A stretch of 39,755 nt of DNA from a virus. Taxonomy: Duplodnaviria; Caudoviricetes. The position numbers and the translations under genes were made by a program. Shown here piece after piece: positions 34,601 to 39,755 of this stretch. Numbering within the stretch: position 1 is the first letter of the stretch; every line of letters starts with the position of its first letter. The stretch lies in the IMG/VR virus record IMGVR_UViG_3300032266_000578, positions 1-39,755 of that record, one strand, 5' to 3'. The notes beneath the pieces were generated by a model. That model had not been told where the DNA came from. It worked only from the letters and a program-made list of their open reading frames with translations, and did not search any database.

Positions 34601-35006
34601 CCTGCGCCATTAAATCTACAGGAGCTACTGTAAAGGCGTTTAAACCGGCTTTAATCTGTTCAAGGACGCCTTTATCTTCGGCTTCCTTCATAATTCTGGA
34701 TATTTCTTTCTGATCGTTTTTTGCCTGAGCAGACAACAAATCACCAACGTAGTCTTCTACACCACGCAGGTTTTTAGAAATAGTATTGTTAGCACCAAAA
34801 ACATCAGTCAGCATACGAACACCGCTGACTACACCTTTAGTAACGTTTAAAGGTATGTCAGCAGCTTGACGCAAGGCGCTTTCTTTTTCTGGCTTTTGAT
34901 TTAATTGAGATTGAATTGCAGCATATGCTTGAGCATCAGTTAGTTCTGTTGGTGAATCAACTTCATATGTTCCTTTGCCGGGAACGTCAATCTCATATTT
35001 TGGCAT
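25653..35006 (-). CDS. Giant polyvalent virion/ejection protein (3117 aa)
   Basis: Gly/Ala-rich N-terminus; HExxH peptidase (RHEVIHAL..EEAIA); WYD..GPKIG.FY.NL..VTMDMW..QALIW domain; HYG..GTG..GAE domain; ART-PolyVal-like FKRWFG..YHGT..AIFVT..GFDA..PNQLKSAIGN; C-terminal LPD38-like YKDLPDYVKDGNW..KIPVPFEVG. Confidence 0.85.
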   Translation of the reverse strand: MPKYEIDVPGKGTYEVDSPTELTDAQAYAAIQSQLNQKPEKESALRQAADIPLNVTKGVVSGVRMLTDVFGANNTISKNLRGVEDYVGDLLSAQAKNDQKEISRIMKEAEDKGVLEQIKAGLNAFTVAPVDLMAQAFGTVIPTLAGGLAGAGLKIGARAAGALTGAAMGAGTGKSSIYDAVTEELSKENLPKELIEQAATKAQEYGGKNLDLILANTLLGGIAGTTGIEKALIPGLSKKISEKVAQRGILGRAVATGLPEAGTEFLQGGTEQASQNIALQREGYNVPTMRGVYSAGTMEGAAGFGMGAATGALKRQTATLEQPVVEPPADQQIAPPIQEPFTPTVIPQAYSTQEGIDRATGVNAESGYTAADLLTPGAEGVREQAQRMATQDLNTVGTPRPRMTEEGRIAAQQAAFDRAAQELGYTDQRQPLPVSPAQSVPYTAPAVIPNEERRKLVDAQSEQLAQAQNEPFEFDRRRLEASASTVGGTGQVRGTPRAVMIDPNPMVPRAARQRLAVLKEDLIAKGEDPASLAIVPHPTMGGRFAIEQRTMEQPYVAPPIETPVVSQAEAQRRIESADAENMNNEYLAQKDLKTLAGKRGEELLANVPSAELAPFVETYQKLRRSIEENIVNRNGVATPEEARMIRDQGLGIPYDSVAEIAADKDVALNTKSKRLLEVEAAFDKEKRKHLKEMYGPEFFEQFGVPEAAPKQASAEFTSKFLNPEGRTAPVAPSTRTAARTSPEQFGQRSNAPQASQYAGKLEVSEDGRYEQLPFQQRTDTPKIEIAKYSLSDATPTPEAKAMADEVRKKLLPVLKRFGLEKMGLRLVDAISNGAEGMYFKNVITLALDSNNPMGVMRHEVIHALKELGAFTNGEWKVLTDMAKKKWINQFYSPELQAQYKAQFDQDGDTNQTFDEYMAEEAIAQAFRFYTETKPPSGLIANLMRRLNNVFTAIREFFMGNGVTDAEQLFLAKSIFSNIESGRMTAGREGVQPRTAPAYAMKTKTGNSATIKQAAKESELTESEFAATSLPLQTGDTGVDAFLNQDIGFKKDVLDYLVQRRMESGVPVLDENKEEDKKLIAKLITAEAMAAIRSGGKALDWYDSVIDKTMSIAALKHPELLENPNKQMAFKIAMAISSQGMNVEANIKFADYVYEQYQKTGRFPEIGQGKDQGQMVSNYKLANNMLDILGESELRKFLETEYTIGELQAAGLDVGGELADEKVLGSSIFGPKIGFGFYSNLSGNFEPVTMDMWFMRLIGRITGKLKAFEPEKFKNQVLRLRDSFKQTGNNGVYASDFDAQDISDAMQSDEGAIALARKVSSMHEKDFKNNREAFNAKNRIKTELVAAAETIIDSVDASIDAPSNGSQRRNLRDIVAMVRENVAKLYGKDIPPASLQALIWYPEQELYKSLGVALRVTSQDYAGAMAKHLKEEGYDAERISGAAKQGSRAAQRMAGISKRLETQESGRKSGKVSTEEKRQGFLNTIRRKTFIGGETPFNKTETKNKFFNQKDIKSETQVITGEVIPSAVGEMQQVTELNYQQKNKLNNQILNSKFIQDMAKSLGIKSILKITSGTGGYANSISPNLIVQMANSNIYQAEKDARDLSYAMSYVFQQDATPYFRADPNLIKKGQLGYSIQFSDKLKEGQEKKLFKILQNLLGNDVGYSKLNGNELILINYRGEDGKPFLTNDKTFKQKLEAFIVEAEKIASISSKEVFGANSEYNYNDWNEKGTGSAIATGIQVRRGDQPNIQEKLNNFRESFVTIARQAVEESGAKPRFSLRPEQLALRPSDSGGAGISFNDRKEDAVSYAGSHYGKTKTNILSGGYYGTGLKGAEAKRLAQAQDPRIGKRIYFYIPRANGTMPMRESGVGNHVYTQKFDNILGPGKTMSEFYKKAQGDSNAFESFVIDNGYDGYAVPDYGMMVVLNNDIEAKYEGTVGEVHYTKLEGKASLRTPPALLKQTTTDAFKRWFGKSAIVDMNGDPKVMYHGTARDITEFRGKQAGAIFVTPKPLFAEEFTDLSENFMIKESFNSMSEEEKVALLYKALQLATKNKKLSKFEKDNLQAYIKYSADSTFNLIPSTIEEEINQLLKDALPSRANIMPVFVRAEKPFDFQNPDHIDRIVTESKKINGNNQYKGGSYVAQIQNSLEAGNWEDIENKLVQDAIKAAGFDAFYIKENGTKNLAVYDPNQLKSAIGNTGAFSRDTGDIRYSLTNNVPPAVHTKLVPNQSAGQQVTAAATNAIKAVREDGFFTNLRNGFVDDTSSLGHTLAAQGMSQFANNKLRADMLRHTQSNSINIMTVGLQSGVPILNSDGSIVIKRTESNMARSIILADKLDSNPYVKASKLKGGRGFVAEVARALRGADIKQEDAAMNAEGQKLIADADALEVRLNAAVKAGGQDVSAIASAKTKIDQMRKEGKELAGKNREKQVDDAQIQWAEAQLQNVPELKEIFGIWKDINNALTDLSEDTGVISKEQAQKYRDKKFYVPLFKAREDLAEAFFRGSSAKNVAKNYKLEGADIDRNIWENLQKQYAMTIAVAYENQTRKVATEQLQGFGLAKTVDNPNDPNINLRYKEDGKIVNVIAENPNDIAAFQMLNYELGPIMKAISATTKVLRFGALVNPMFWIKQLIRDPIHASLTNNQIVTPFNSLVGFVKVLNKSSASAKILAERGVIGAVDSTVDLNEYIGQLGKEKKTPQMISSALHRVMQIHEASDAATRVAIFDSAKKEALKKGMNEEEAINFAVFRARESINFGVRGNSQALNTLRHSIPFFQAAITSLDTVYRAATGYGLPPAEKRKAQIIFAKRAAVMALMSTLYAAMYTDDDEYKDLPDYVKDGNWLFPTTTPDGRKSFVKIPVPFEVGFLFKTIPEAAWRYYTGTSTGKEVGKSYLEGIVHNLPGGGIPIPQAFKPALESITNHSFFTGNPIEGMSDQGKPVVERGRNASDFAKAASEAGLEKVGLSPAKIDALIKGYFAELGGTFLMVTSDLLGSDKPTKNIEAQLGAKAFMTDPKVSKAVSDFYTLEHNAKEMTNMFASLKKEGLFDRAREYLNDEDKKKQLLAAPVFRRIGEQLGKIKTEIRRVENSGEMSADDKQSRINELQRLLSQTAKKGYEVAERAGISR

Positions 35007-37243
35007 TATTTCACCTTGCGTACAGTAACTCCGCTTGGCGCAGATGTTGCTGAATATTCATAATTGGGCATTGTGTAATCTAGGTCATACAATGATTTTT
35101 GCAAAGCACCCAACCTAGTATGGTATTTTTTTAAATCATTATCTTCTGCTTTTGCTTTGGCTACAGCTTGATTATATTTTTCCATTTGACCCGGTTCAAA
35201 TTGACCAAATGCGTCCATTTTAAACAAGCCTTTAATATTGTCTTCAATTTGTTTTTCACGCCTGCTGATTCCCGCACTAACATTGTCTTCAGTTCTAATC
35301 ATCAACGCTTTATCTTGTTGCGTTAAAGTATCGGCGCGTCCTTCTGCTCTGTCTGCAATAACATCTGCGCGACCCGCAGCGCGATCAGCTAAAGCAGCAC
35401 GTTGATAGTCATCCATGCTTTGATAACGTTGTGCGCTTAACAATCCTTTATTAAGAGCTGCATTCTCAGCAGCACGTTGTTTAGCAGAAGCCCCATAATT
35501 TGCAATCCCAGCAGAAGCGCCCTGACCAATATTAGCCAGTGCATTAGGTGACGTGCCTGCCATCATGCCAAGACCTGCTTGCAGGATAGCCATGTACTTG
35601 TCTTCCTGCTTTTGGCGTTTTAACTCTTCGCGTTGATTCATAATGTCTTCGCGGATTAAATCGTATTCGCTCTTGCGGCGTTCGCCAGCGGGTGGTTTAG
35701 TGGTTGAGCCAGTGGTTAAGCCAGTGGTTGAGCCAGCACTTGCACCATTGTCGGCAGTTGGTGTGGAGTTTGTTTTAAATTTTGGAGCGGGGTAACGCCG
35801 TAACAAACGATCTGCTTCTGTAGTGTCATCCGCAAAAGGTGTGTTTTTAGCAGATGCGCTACCAAGAAAATCCAAAGGACTTTGTGGATTTCCACTTGTC
35901 TCTCCAAGAAAATCAGATGGATGATAATTTTGCACTGAAGGCATAGCTGACGGGGCGTTTGGCGTAAAACCCACTCGACTTACATCTTGTTGCGGGAAAA
36001 AATCTGTTTCTGGCATTCCAATAACTGAAGGCTTAATACTTCTTTGCTGTCTAAATATGCCAGTTGCTGCGCCAGCAGGCGTAATCATTCCGGGAATGTT
36101 TCTTGTGCCGCGCCCAGAGCCTTCCTCTAAATTATCTTTATATGGTTCGTTAGAAGGAGTGGTATCTTCTTCTGAATAAACTTCGCCGGTGTAATTGCCC
36201 ATTGCGTCGTACCCGGGAACGCTGCCTGTTTTTCCACTAAAACTAGGCATCCCACCTTTGTTTAAACGAGCAATTCCACCTTCAGCCAAAGACACTTGAC
36301 CCTCACCCATTTTTTCACGCAATGAACTCATAACCTGACCAACTGTTTTGCCACGCAGATTTGGGTTTTGTTGCATAATAATTGGAACAAATTTTTCGCT
36401 ATTAAACATTCTTAAACCCTGTTCAATAGGCATGTCTGACGTTGCGTTTTTAAGCATAGCTGTTACGCCCGGTCCAAAATAATGAGCGGCATACACCTCA
36501 TCATAGTTTGGATTTCTACCTAGTTGACGTTTTAATGTCTCTGCGTTTTGACGAATAAACTTTCCACCTAAATCTGCATTTTTAACGGGATCAGATTGCT
36601 CCCCGGGCTTGCCACCCATTCCCGCCCAAGTAGACGGAATAAATTGAAATAAGCCCTCTGCACTACTTGCTGAGTTTTTAGCGCGAGGATTGTGACCACT
36701 TTCGCTGCCAGAAATTCGCTGTAATAATTCAGGTGGAAGCCCATATTTATTAGCAGCTTCATTTACAACACCTCTAATTCCACCCTCTACATTAGGAGTG
36801 CTATTAATGTTTGCAGAAGATGCAACAGGCGCGGCATTTGTTGACGTATTAAGTGCAACGCTTGGTCTTCCACCGCCGTGTTCTGCTGCGTTTAAACGAT
36901 CTTCAATAACTTGTGCATATTCTGCTTCGTCTTGCTGATCTTCATAAGCTTCTTGATCAAAATCTTCAGCATCTCCGCCATCTGCAAAAGACACAATACC
37001 GCCATCATTCATAGACTGAGTCGGAAGATTGCTTGGCATTTGATCAATACCAGAGGCTTCTGCCATAACTTGCTGTGCAATAGGAGGTTCTTGCGGCGCT
37101 TGTACGGGTTGCTTGGCTTGCTTAATTTTTTCTTGCATAAGCGGAATGCCAATATAAGCAGGAACTGTGCCGTTTTTTATAGATTGCTGAAGTTGAGCAA
37201 CACTAAGTTTGCTTGCATCCGCCATTAAGCTAACTGGGTTCAT
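35006..37243 (-). CDS. Virion ejection protein with SLT lytic transglycosylase domain
   Basis: SESG.NP.AKN..SSAEGLFQFIPSTW and YAAHYFG lysozyme-like motifs; coiled-coil C-terminus. Confidence 0.85.
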   Translation of the reverse strand: MNPVSLMADASKLSVAQLQQSIKNGTVPAYIGIPLMQEKIKQAKQPVQAPQEPPIAQQVMAEASGIDQMPSNLPTQSMNDGGIVSFADGGDAEDFDQEAYEDQQDEAEYAQVIEDRLNAAEHGGGRPSVALNTSTNAAPVASSANINSTPNVEGGIRGVVNEAANKYGLPPELLQRISGSESGHNPRAKNSASSAEGLFQFIPSTWAGMGGKPGEQSDPVKNADLGGKFIRQNAETLKRQLGRNPNYDEVYAAHYFGPGVTAMLKNATSDMPIEQGLRMFNSEKFVPIIMQQNPNLRGKTVGQVMSSLREKMGEGQVSLAEGGIARLNKGGMPSFSGKTGSVPGYDAMGNYTGEVYSEEDTTPSNEPYKDNLEEGSGRGTRNIPGMITPAGAATGIFRQQRSIKPSVIGMPETDFFPQQDVSRVGFTPNAPSAMPSVQNYHPSDFLGETSGNPQSPLDFLGSASAKNTPFADDTTEADRLLRRYPAPKFKTNSTPTADNGASAGSTTGLTTGSTTKPPAGERRKSEYDLIREDIMNQREELKRQKQEDKYMAILQAGLGMMAGTSPNALANIGQGASAGIANYGASAKQRAAENAALNKGLLSAQRYQSMDDYQRAALADRAAGRADVIADRAEGRADTLTQQDKALMIRTEDNVSAGISRREKQIEDNIKGLFKMDAFGQFEPGQMEKYNQAVAKAKAEDNDLKKYHTRLGALQKSLYDLDYTMPNYEYSATSAPSGVTVRKVK

Positions 37244-38457
37244 TGGTAGTCCTTCATAGCGTTATAAATGCCAAGGGTATCAAGCCCATCACCTGCAACC
37301 CCACCATCAGCCATGCTCTTTTCTTTAATATGACCGCCACCCGCTTTGGTTGCCATGTTGTACATACCATACGCGCCAATACCAGCCGTGCCTAGACCGG
37401 CGGCTTGAGAGATCATGCTTGGGTTCTGGTACATAGATGTTGACTGTTGAGTCAACGGCAGACCGCGCAACAAGTCAGACATAAAGCCAATTTGTTGATA
37501 CGGGTAGTTAAGCTGCGCTTGATACTGTTGGTATGCAGTATCCAAACCTTTTTGTTGCAATCCTTGCTGTTGTGTACCTGCTGACAACATAGCTTGGTTG
37601 GCTGCTTGCTCTTGCCCAAACTGAGTTTGTCCTAACTGACCTAAAGTGCTTGCAGACGCACCTGCTTGCCCTAATCCTTGCAACCCATACTGACCCGCAC
37701 CCACAGCACCTTGAACGCCTTGTTGCCCTGCTTGTAAGCCTTGAAGCCCAAGATTAGCCCCAAATTGTTGAGCTTGATTAGCTTTATCAAAAGCTGTGCT
37801 GTAGCCCTGTCCAATCATCTGGTTCATGGCAAGGTTTTTATTGCGCTGATTCTCTGCTGCCATTAACGCTTCACGGCTACCACCAAACGCACCTGAGCGC
37901 GAGGCGTTGCCCATCTGCTGAGTGCCAGTAATGTCGTATTGACGTTGCACTTCTTGGAGAGCAGGCTGAAGCGAAGCTTGCAAGTACGGGTTCATGTACG
38001 CTTGAGATGCGTATGGATTAGTTGCTTGCTGTGCGTACTGATCCCCTGCACCCGCTGCCATTGCACCATACCCTAACGATGCATTTTGAAGCTGTGCTGC
38101 TGTGCCTTGCGTACCAAGACCGTATCGACCTGTTTGATATGCTATGTTTGACGCGTCAGCTATCTGAGGAGCTAGTTGCTGATTTCCCACGTTTTTAAAC
38201 GCTTGGTTCTGCATTGGGGTAAATTGTGCAACTTGCTGTCCCTGATACGGCTGATACGGGTTTTGGTTGATATCAGTGACCGCAGCGGCTTTACCTAATG
38301 TGTTTTCCACATAAGGTTTTGCATATTCAGGAATATTAGTGTTTTGAACGGTTGTTGAGGTTGGTTGTGAACTACTTCCTCCACCTTGAGGCATAATTTT
38401 CCCACCGACTTTAAGAAAAGCCCGTTCGGGTAACATATCCAAATGGTTATATCTCAT
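37240..38457 (-). CDS. Gln/Gly/Ala-rich DNA ejection (pilot-type) protein
   Basis: YMNPY, GAFGGSR and low-complexity Q/G/A composition typical of podovirus internal proteins. Confidence 0.7.
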   Translation of the reverse strand: MRYNHLDMLPERAFLKVGGKIMPQGGGSSSQPTSTTVQNTNIPEYAKPYVENTLGKAAAVTDINQNPYQPYQGQQVAQFTPMQNQAFKNVGNQQLAPQIADASNIAYQTGRYGLGTQGTAAQLQNASLGYGAMAAGAGDQYAQQATNPYASQAYMNPYLQASLQPALQEVQRQYDITGTQQMGNASRSGAFGGSREALMAAENQRNKNLAMNQMIGQGYSTAFDKANQAQQFGANLGLQGLQAGQQGVQGAVGAGQYGLQGLGQAGASASTLGQLGQTQFGQEQAANQAMLSAGTQQQGLQQKGLDTAYQQYQAQLNYPYQQIGFMSDLLRGLPLTQQSTSMYQNPSMISQAAGLGTAGIGAYGMYNMATKAGGGHIKEKSMADGGVAGDGLDTLGIYNAMKDYQ

Positions 38458-38864
38458 AGCACAACCTCAACAATTTTGTATTTTTCAACGAACCCAAAGC
38501 GTTGCCATAATCTAGCAACAGCATCATTAACTGCACCTTCTATAGACGTAGCCCCAAAGCCTTGTAAAACTTGGCACATCTGTTTAAACGACTCTTTGCT
38601 GACAATTAACCTACCACCAATGTAAGTAATAAACGCTACACGATGGTTAGGTCGGTTAAACAAATTGACCGTTGCTGCACCAATAATCTTGTCATCTTCT
38701 ACTGCAACCAACAATATCCACTGACCGCTGGTTACATAAGCCTGAACCTGCTCTAACGTATAGTCCTTATCGCCAGTCTGCTGTTCAATTGCTGCTTTTA
38801 AAAACCCCGAAACAGCACCCCAAGTTTGATTGACATACTGTATCGGAACATGCTGTACCTTCAT
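38454..38864 (-). CDS. Virion-module protein with probable GNAT-like fold
   Basis: IIGAATV..AFITYIGG..ARLWQRFGF; sits before the ejection genes, like T7 gp13-type genes. Confidence 0.6.
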   Translation of the reverse strand: MKVQHVPIQYVNQTWGAVSGFLKAAIEQQTGDKDYTLEQVQAYVTSGQWILLVAVEDDKIIGAATVNLFNRPNHRVAFITYIGGRLIVSKESFKQMCQVLQGFGATSIEGAVNDAVARLWQRFGFVEKYKIVEVVL

Positions 38865-39754
38865 GCGGGTAAGTATTTATCTGACTTAGAGTTAACAGCA
38901 ACTTTACCTTTACCAACAGTCTTACGCCTGTTTTTTTGAATACGATCCATCATGGCATACAGTCTTTTAGCACCGGCATCTGTAGACCCATTTCCCAGTT
39001 CAGAAACAATCCGAGCAGGAATGACAAACTCACCATCAGCAAGACGAGCAGGCTGACGGCTACCAATTTGAGCAGGAATATCATCGCTGACACCATCGCC
39101 GGGTCCTCTTAATAGTTGCCCACCATCAGAATAACCGCCTAACTGACCACCCATAGCGTAATTCATCACGCCACCATCAGCATGTGCAACGCCTTGCATT
39201 GGGTATTGTGGACCTTGGTTTAGCCCAGAAATACCATTAAAATTACGGTTGCCATCATCAGGAGATGCGTAGTAATCACCAATACCGCCACCCATTGCAT
39301 AGTGCCGCATAAGAGCTTGGATATTTCCGCCAAGGGCGTAGTGTCGGTGAATTAAACCACCACGTTTTTCGCCATCACCGCCTCCATCACCCCCGCTGCT
39401 TCCGCCTTCACCTTCGCCCTCGCCATCAGAAGCAACTCCTTCCGAATCGCTTGAGTCAGAAGAATCAGTACTTGAATCGGTACTTGAATCGGTACTTGAA
39501 TCGGTACTTGAGTCGGTACTTGAATCGGTACTTGAGTCGGTACTTGAATCGGTGCTGCTATCTTCGGTGCTGCTATCTTCGGTGCTGCTATCTTCGGTGC
39601 TGTCGTCTTCGGTGCTGTTGTCAACAGTATCTTGTCCTATTACGCCGGGAGATTGACCCTCCTCACCGCCACCACCGGGAGGTGGTCCGGGATAGTATCC
39701 TGCATTACCACCACCACCACCACCACCACCACCACCCCCGCCAGAACGGAAGAA
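38861..39754 (-). CDS. Virion protein with Gly/Ser/Asp repeats and GPGDGxSD motif (5' end outside the window; at least 297 aa)
   Basis: The track ORF 38861..39310 continues upstream in frame to the window edge: FFRS-poly(G)-NAGYYPGPPPGG..(STEDS)n(STDS)n..KRGGLIHRHYALGGNIQALMRHYAMGG..GPGDGVSDDIPA..RLADGEFVIPA. Confidence 0.8.
   Translation of the reverse strand, partial: FFRSGGGGGGGGGGGGNAGYYPGPPPGGGGEEGQSPGVIGQDTVDNSTEDDSTEDSSTEDSSTEDSSTDSSTDSSTDSSTDSSTDSSTDSSTDSSTDSSDSSDSEGVASDGEGEGEGGSSGGDGGGDGEKRGGLIHRHYALGGNIQALMRHYAMGGGIGDYYASPDDGNRNFNGISGLNQGPQYPMQGVAHADGGVMNYAMGGQLGGYSDGGQLLRGPGDGVSDDIPAQIGSRQPARLADGEFVIPARIVSELGNGSTDAGAKRLYAMMDRIQKNRRKTVGKGKVAVNSKSDKYLPA
39463..39735 (-). repeat. Coding tandem repeats (12-bp about x7, 15-bp about x4, GGT run)
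   Basis: On the + strand: TCGGTACTTGAR units at about 39463-39552, CTTCGGTGCTGCTAT units at about 39549-39620, and (CCA)n at about 39708-39735. Confidence 0.9.
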
Positions 39755-39755
39755 C

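Larger units (their letters stand above)
1437..38589. repeat. Dispersed, highly iterated palindrome GTTTAAAC (at least 32 copies)
   Basis: Starts counted by eye: 1437, 3890, 4111, 4224, 4943, 4953, 5259, 6826, 8663, 10022, 11068, 12430, 12482, 12544, 13384, 16143, 17737, 19174, 19771, 19984, 24443, 25431, 25644, 26291, 27846, 29111, 31154, 32166, 34638, 36260, 36890, 38582. Confidence 0.92.

Noticed and set aside
25729-37228. Short ORFs nested in or antisense to the 3117-aa and 745-aa genes
   Set aside because: Shadow frames without recognisable motifs.
1437-38589. GTTTAAAC as a PmeI cloning or assembly artefact
   Set aside because: Copies lie within intact ORFs in stop-free frames, have varied natural flanks and come with many one-mismatch variants.
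39352-39624. Track ORF MTTAPKTTAPKIAAPK
   Set aside because: Off-frame reading of the repeats; the Gly/Ser/Asp frame is continuous with 38861..39310.
1-39755. tRNA genes, integrase/att site, CI repressor, DNA polymerase, capsid and lysis genes
   Set aside because: None recognised by eye in this window; they may lie in the part of the genome not shown.

Overview
This window is about 40 kb of a tailed dsDNA phage genome, cut inside the portal gene at the left edge and inside a virion gene at the right edge. A Proteobacterial (probably Betaproteobacterial) host is inferred from promoter and SOS-box style. Left to right it holds: a leftward packaging module (portal, TerL, LexA-type HTH, TerS); a control region with four perfect DnaA boxes, an SOS box and divergent sigma70 promoters; a GC-rich rightward early operon (SprT-like protease, MoxR/CobS-like AAA+ ATPase, split CobT-like N-terminal and vWA genes, many small ORFs); a leftward replication unit (Twinkle/T7 gp4-like primase-helicase, HNH, Zn-finger, GNAT, RusA); a rightward recombination/accessory operon (Cas4-like nuclease, ERF, SSB-like, RNA ligase, DUF3310, Ref-like); and leftward virion/ejection genes (3117-aa polyvalent protein, SLT transglycosylase protein and others). 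I saw no capsid, DNA polymerase, integrase, CI repressor, tRNA or CRISPR array. The main unexplained signals are: (1) the palindrome GTTTAAAC present at least 32 times; (2) a candidate RNA regulatory hub at 15.6-15.9 kb, with a small RNA whose loop is complementary to the phage's own GAGGCTAATCA ribosome-binding sites, back to back with a C4/CI-like antisense attenuator; (3) DnaA boxes and an SOS box on the packaging promoter; (4) a dispersed CTGACCWGTTC motif; (5) a second structured RNA candidate upstream of the primase. All calls were made by eye from motifs; no database searches were run.
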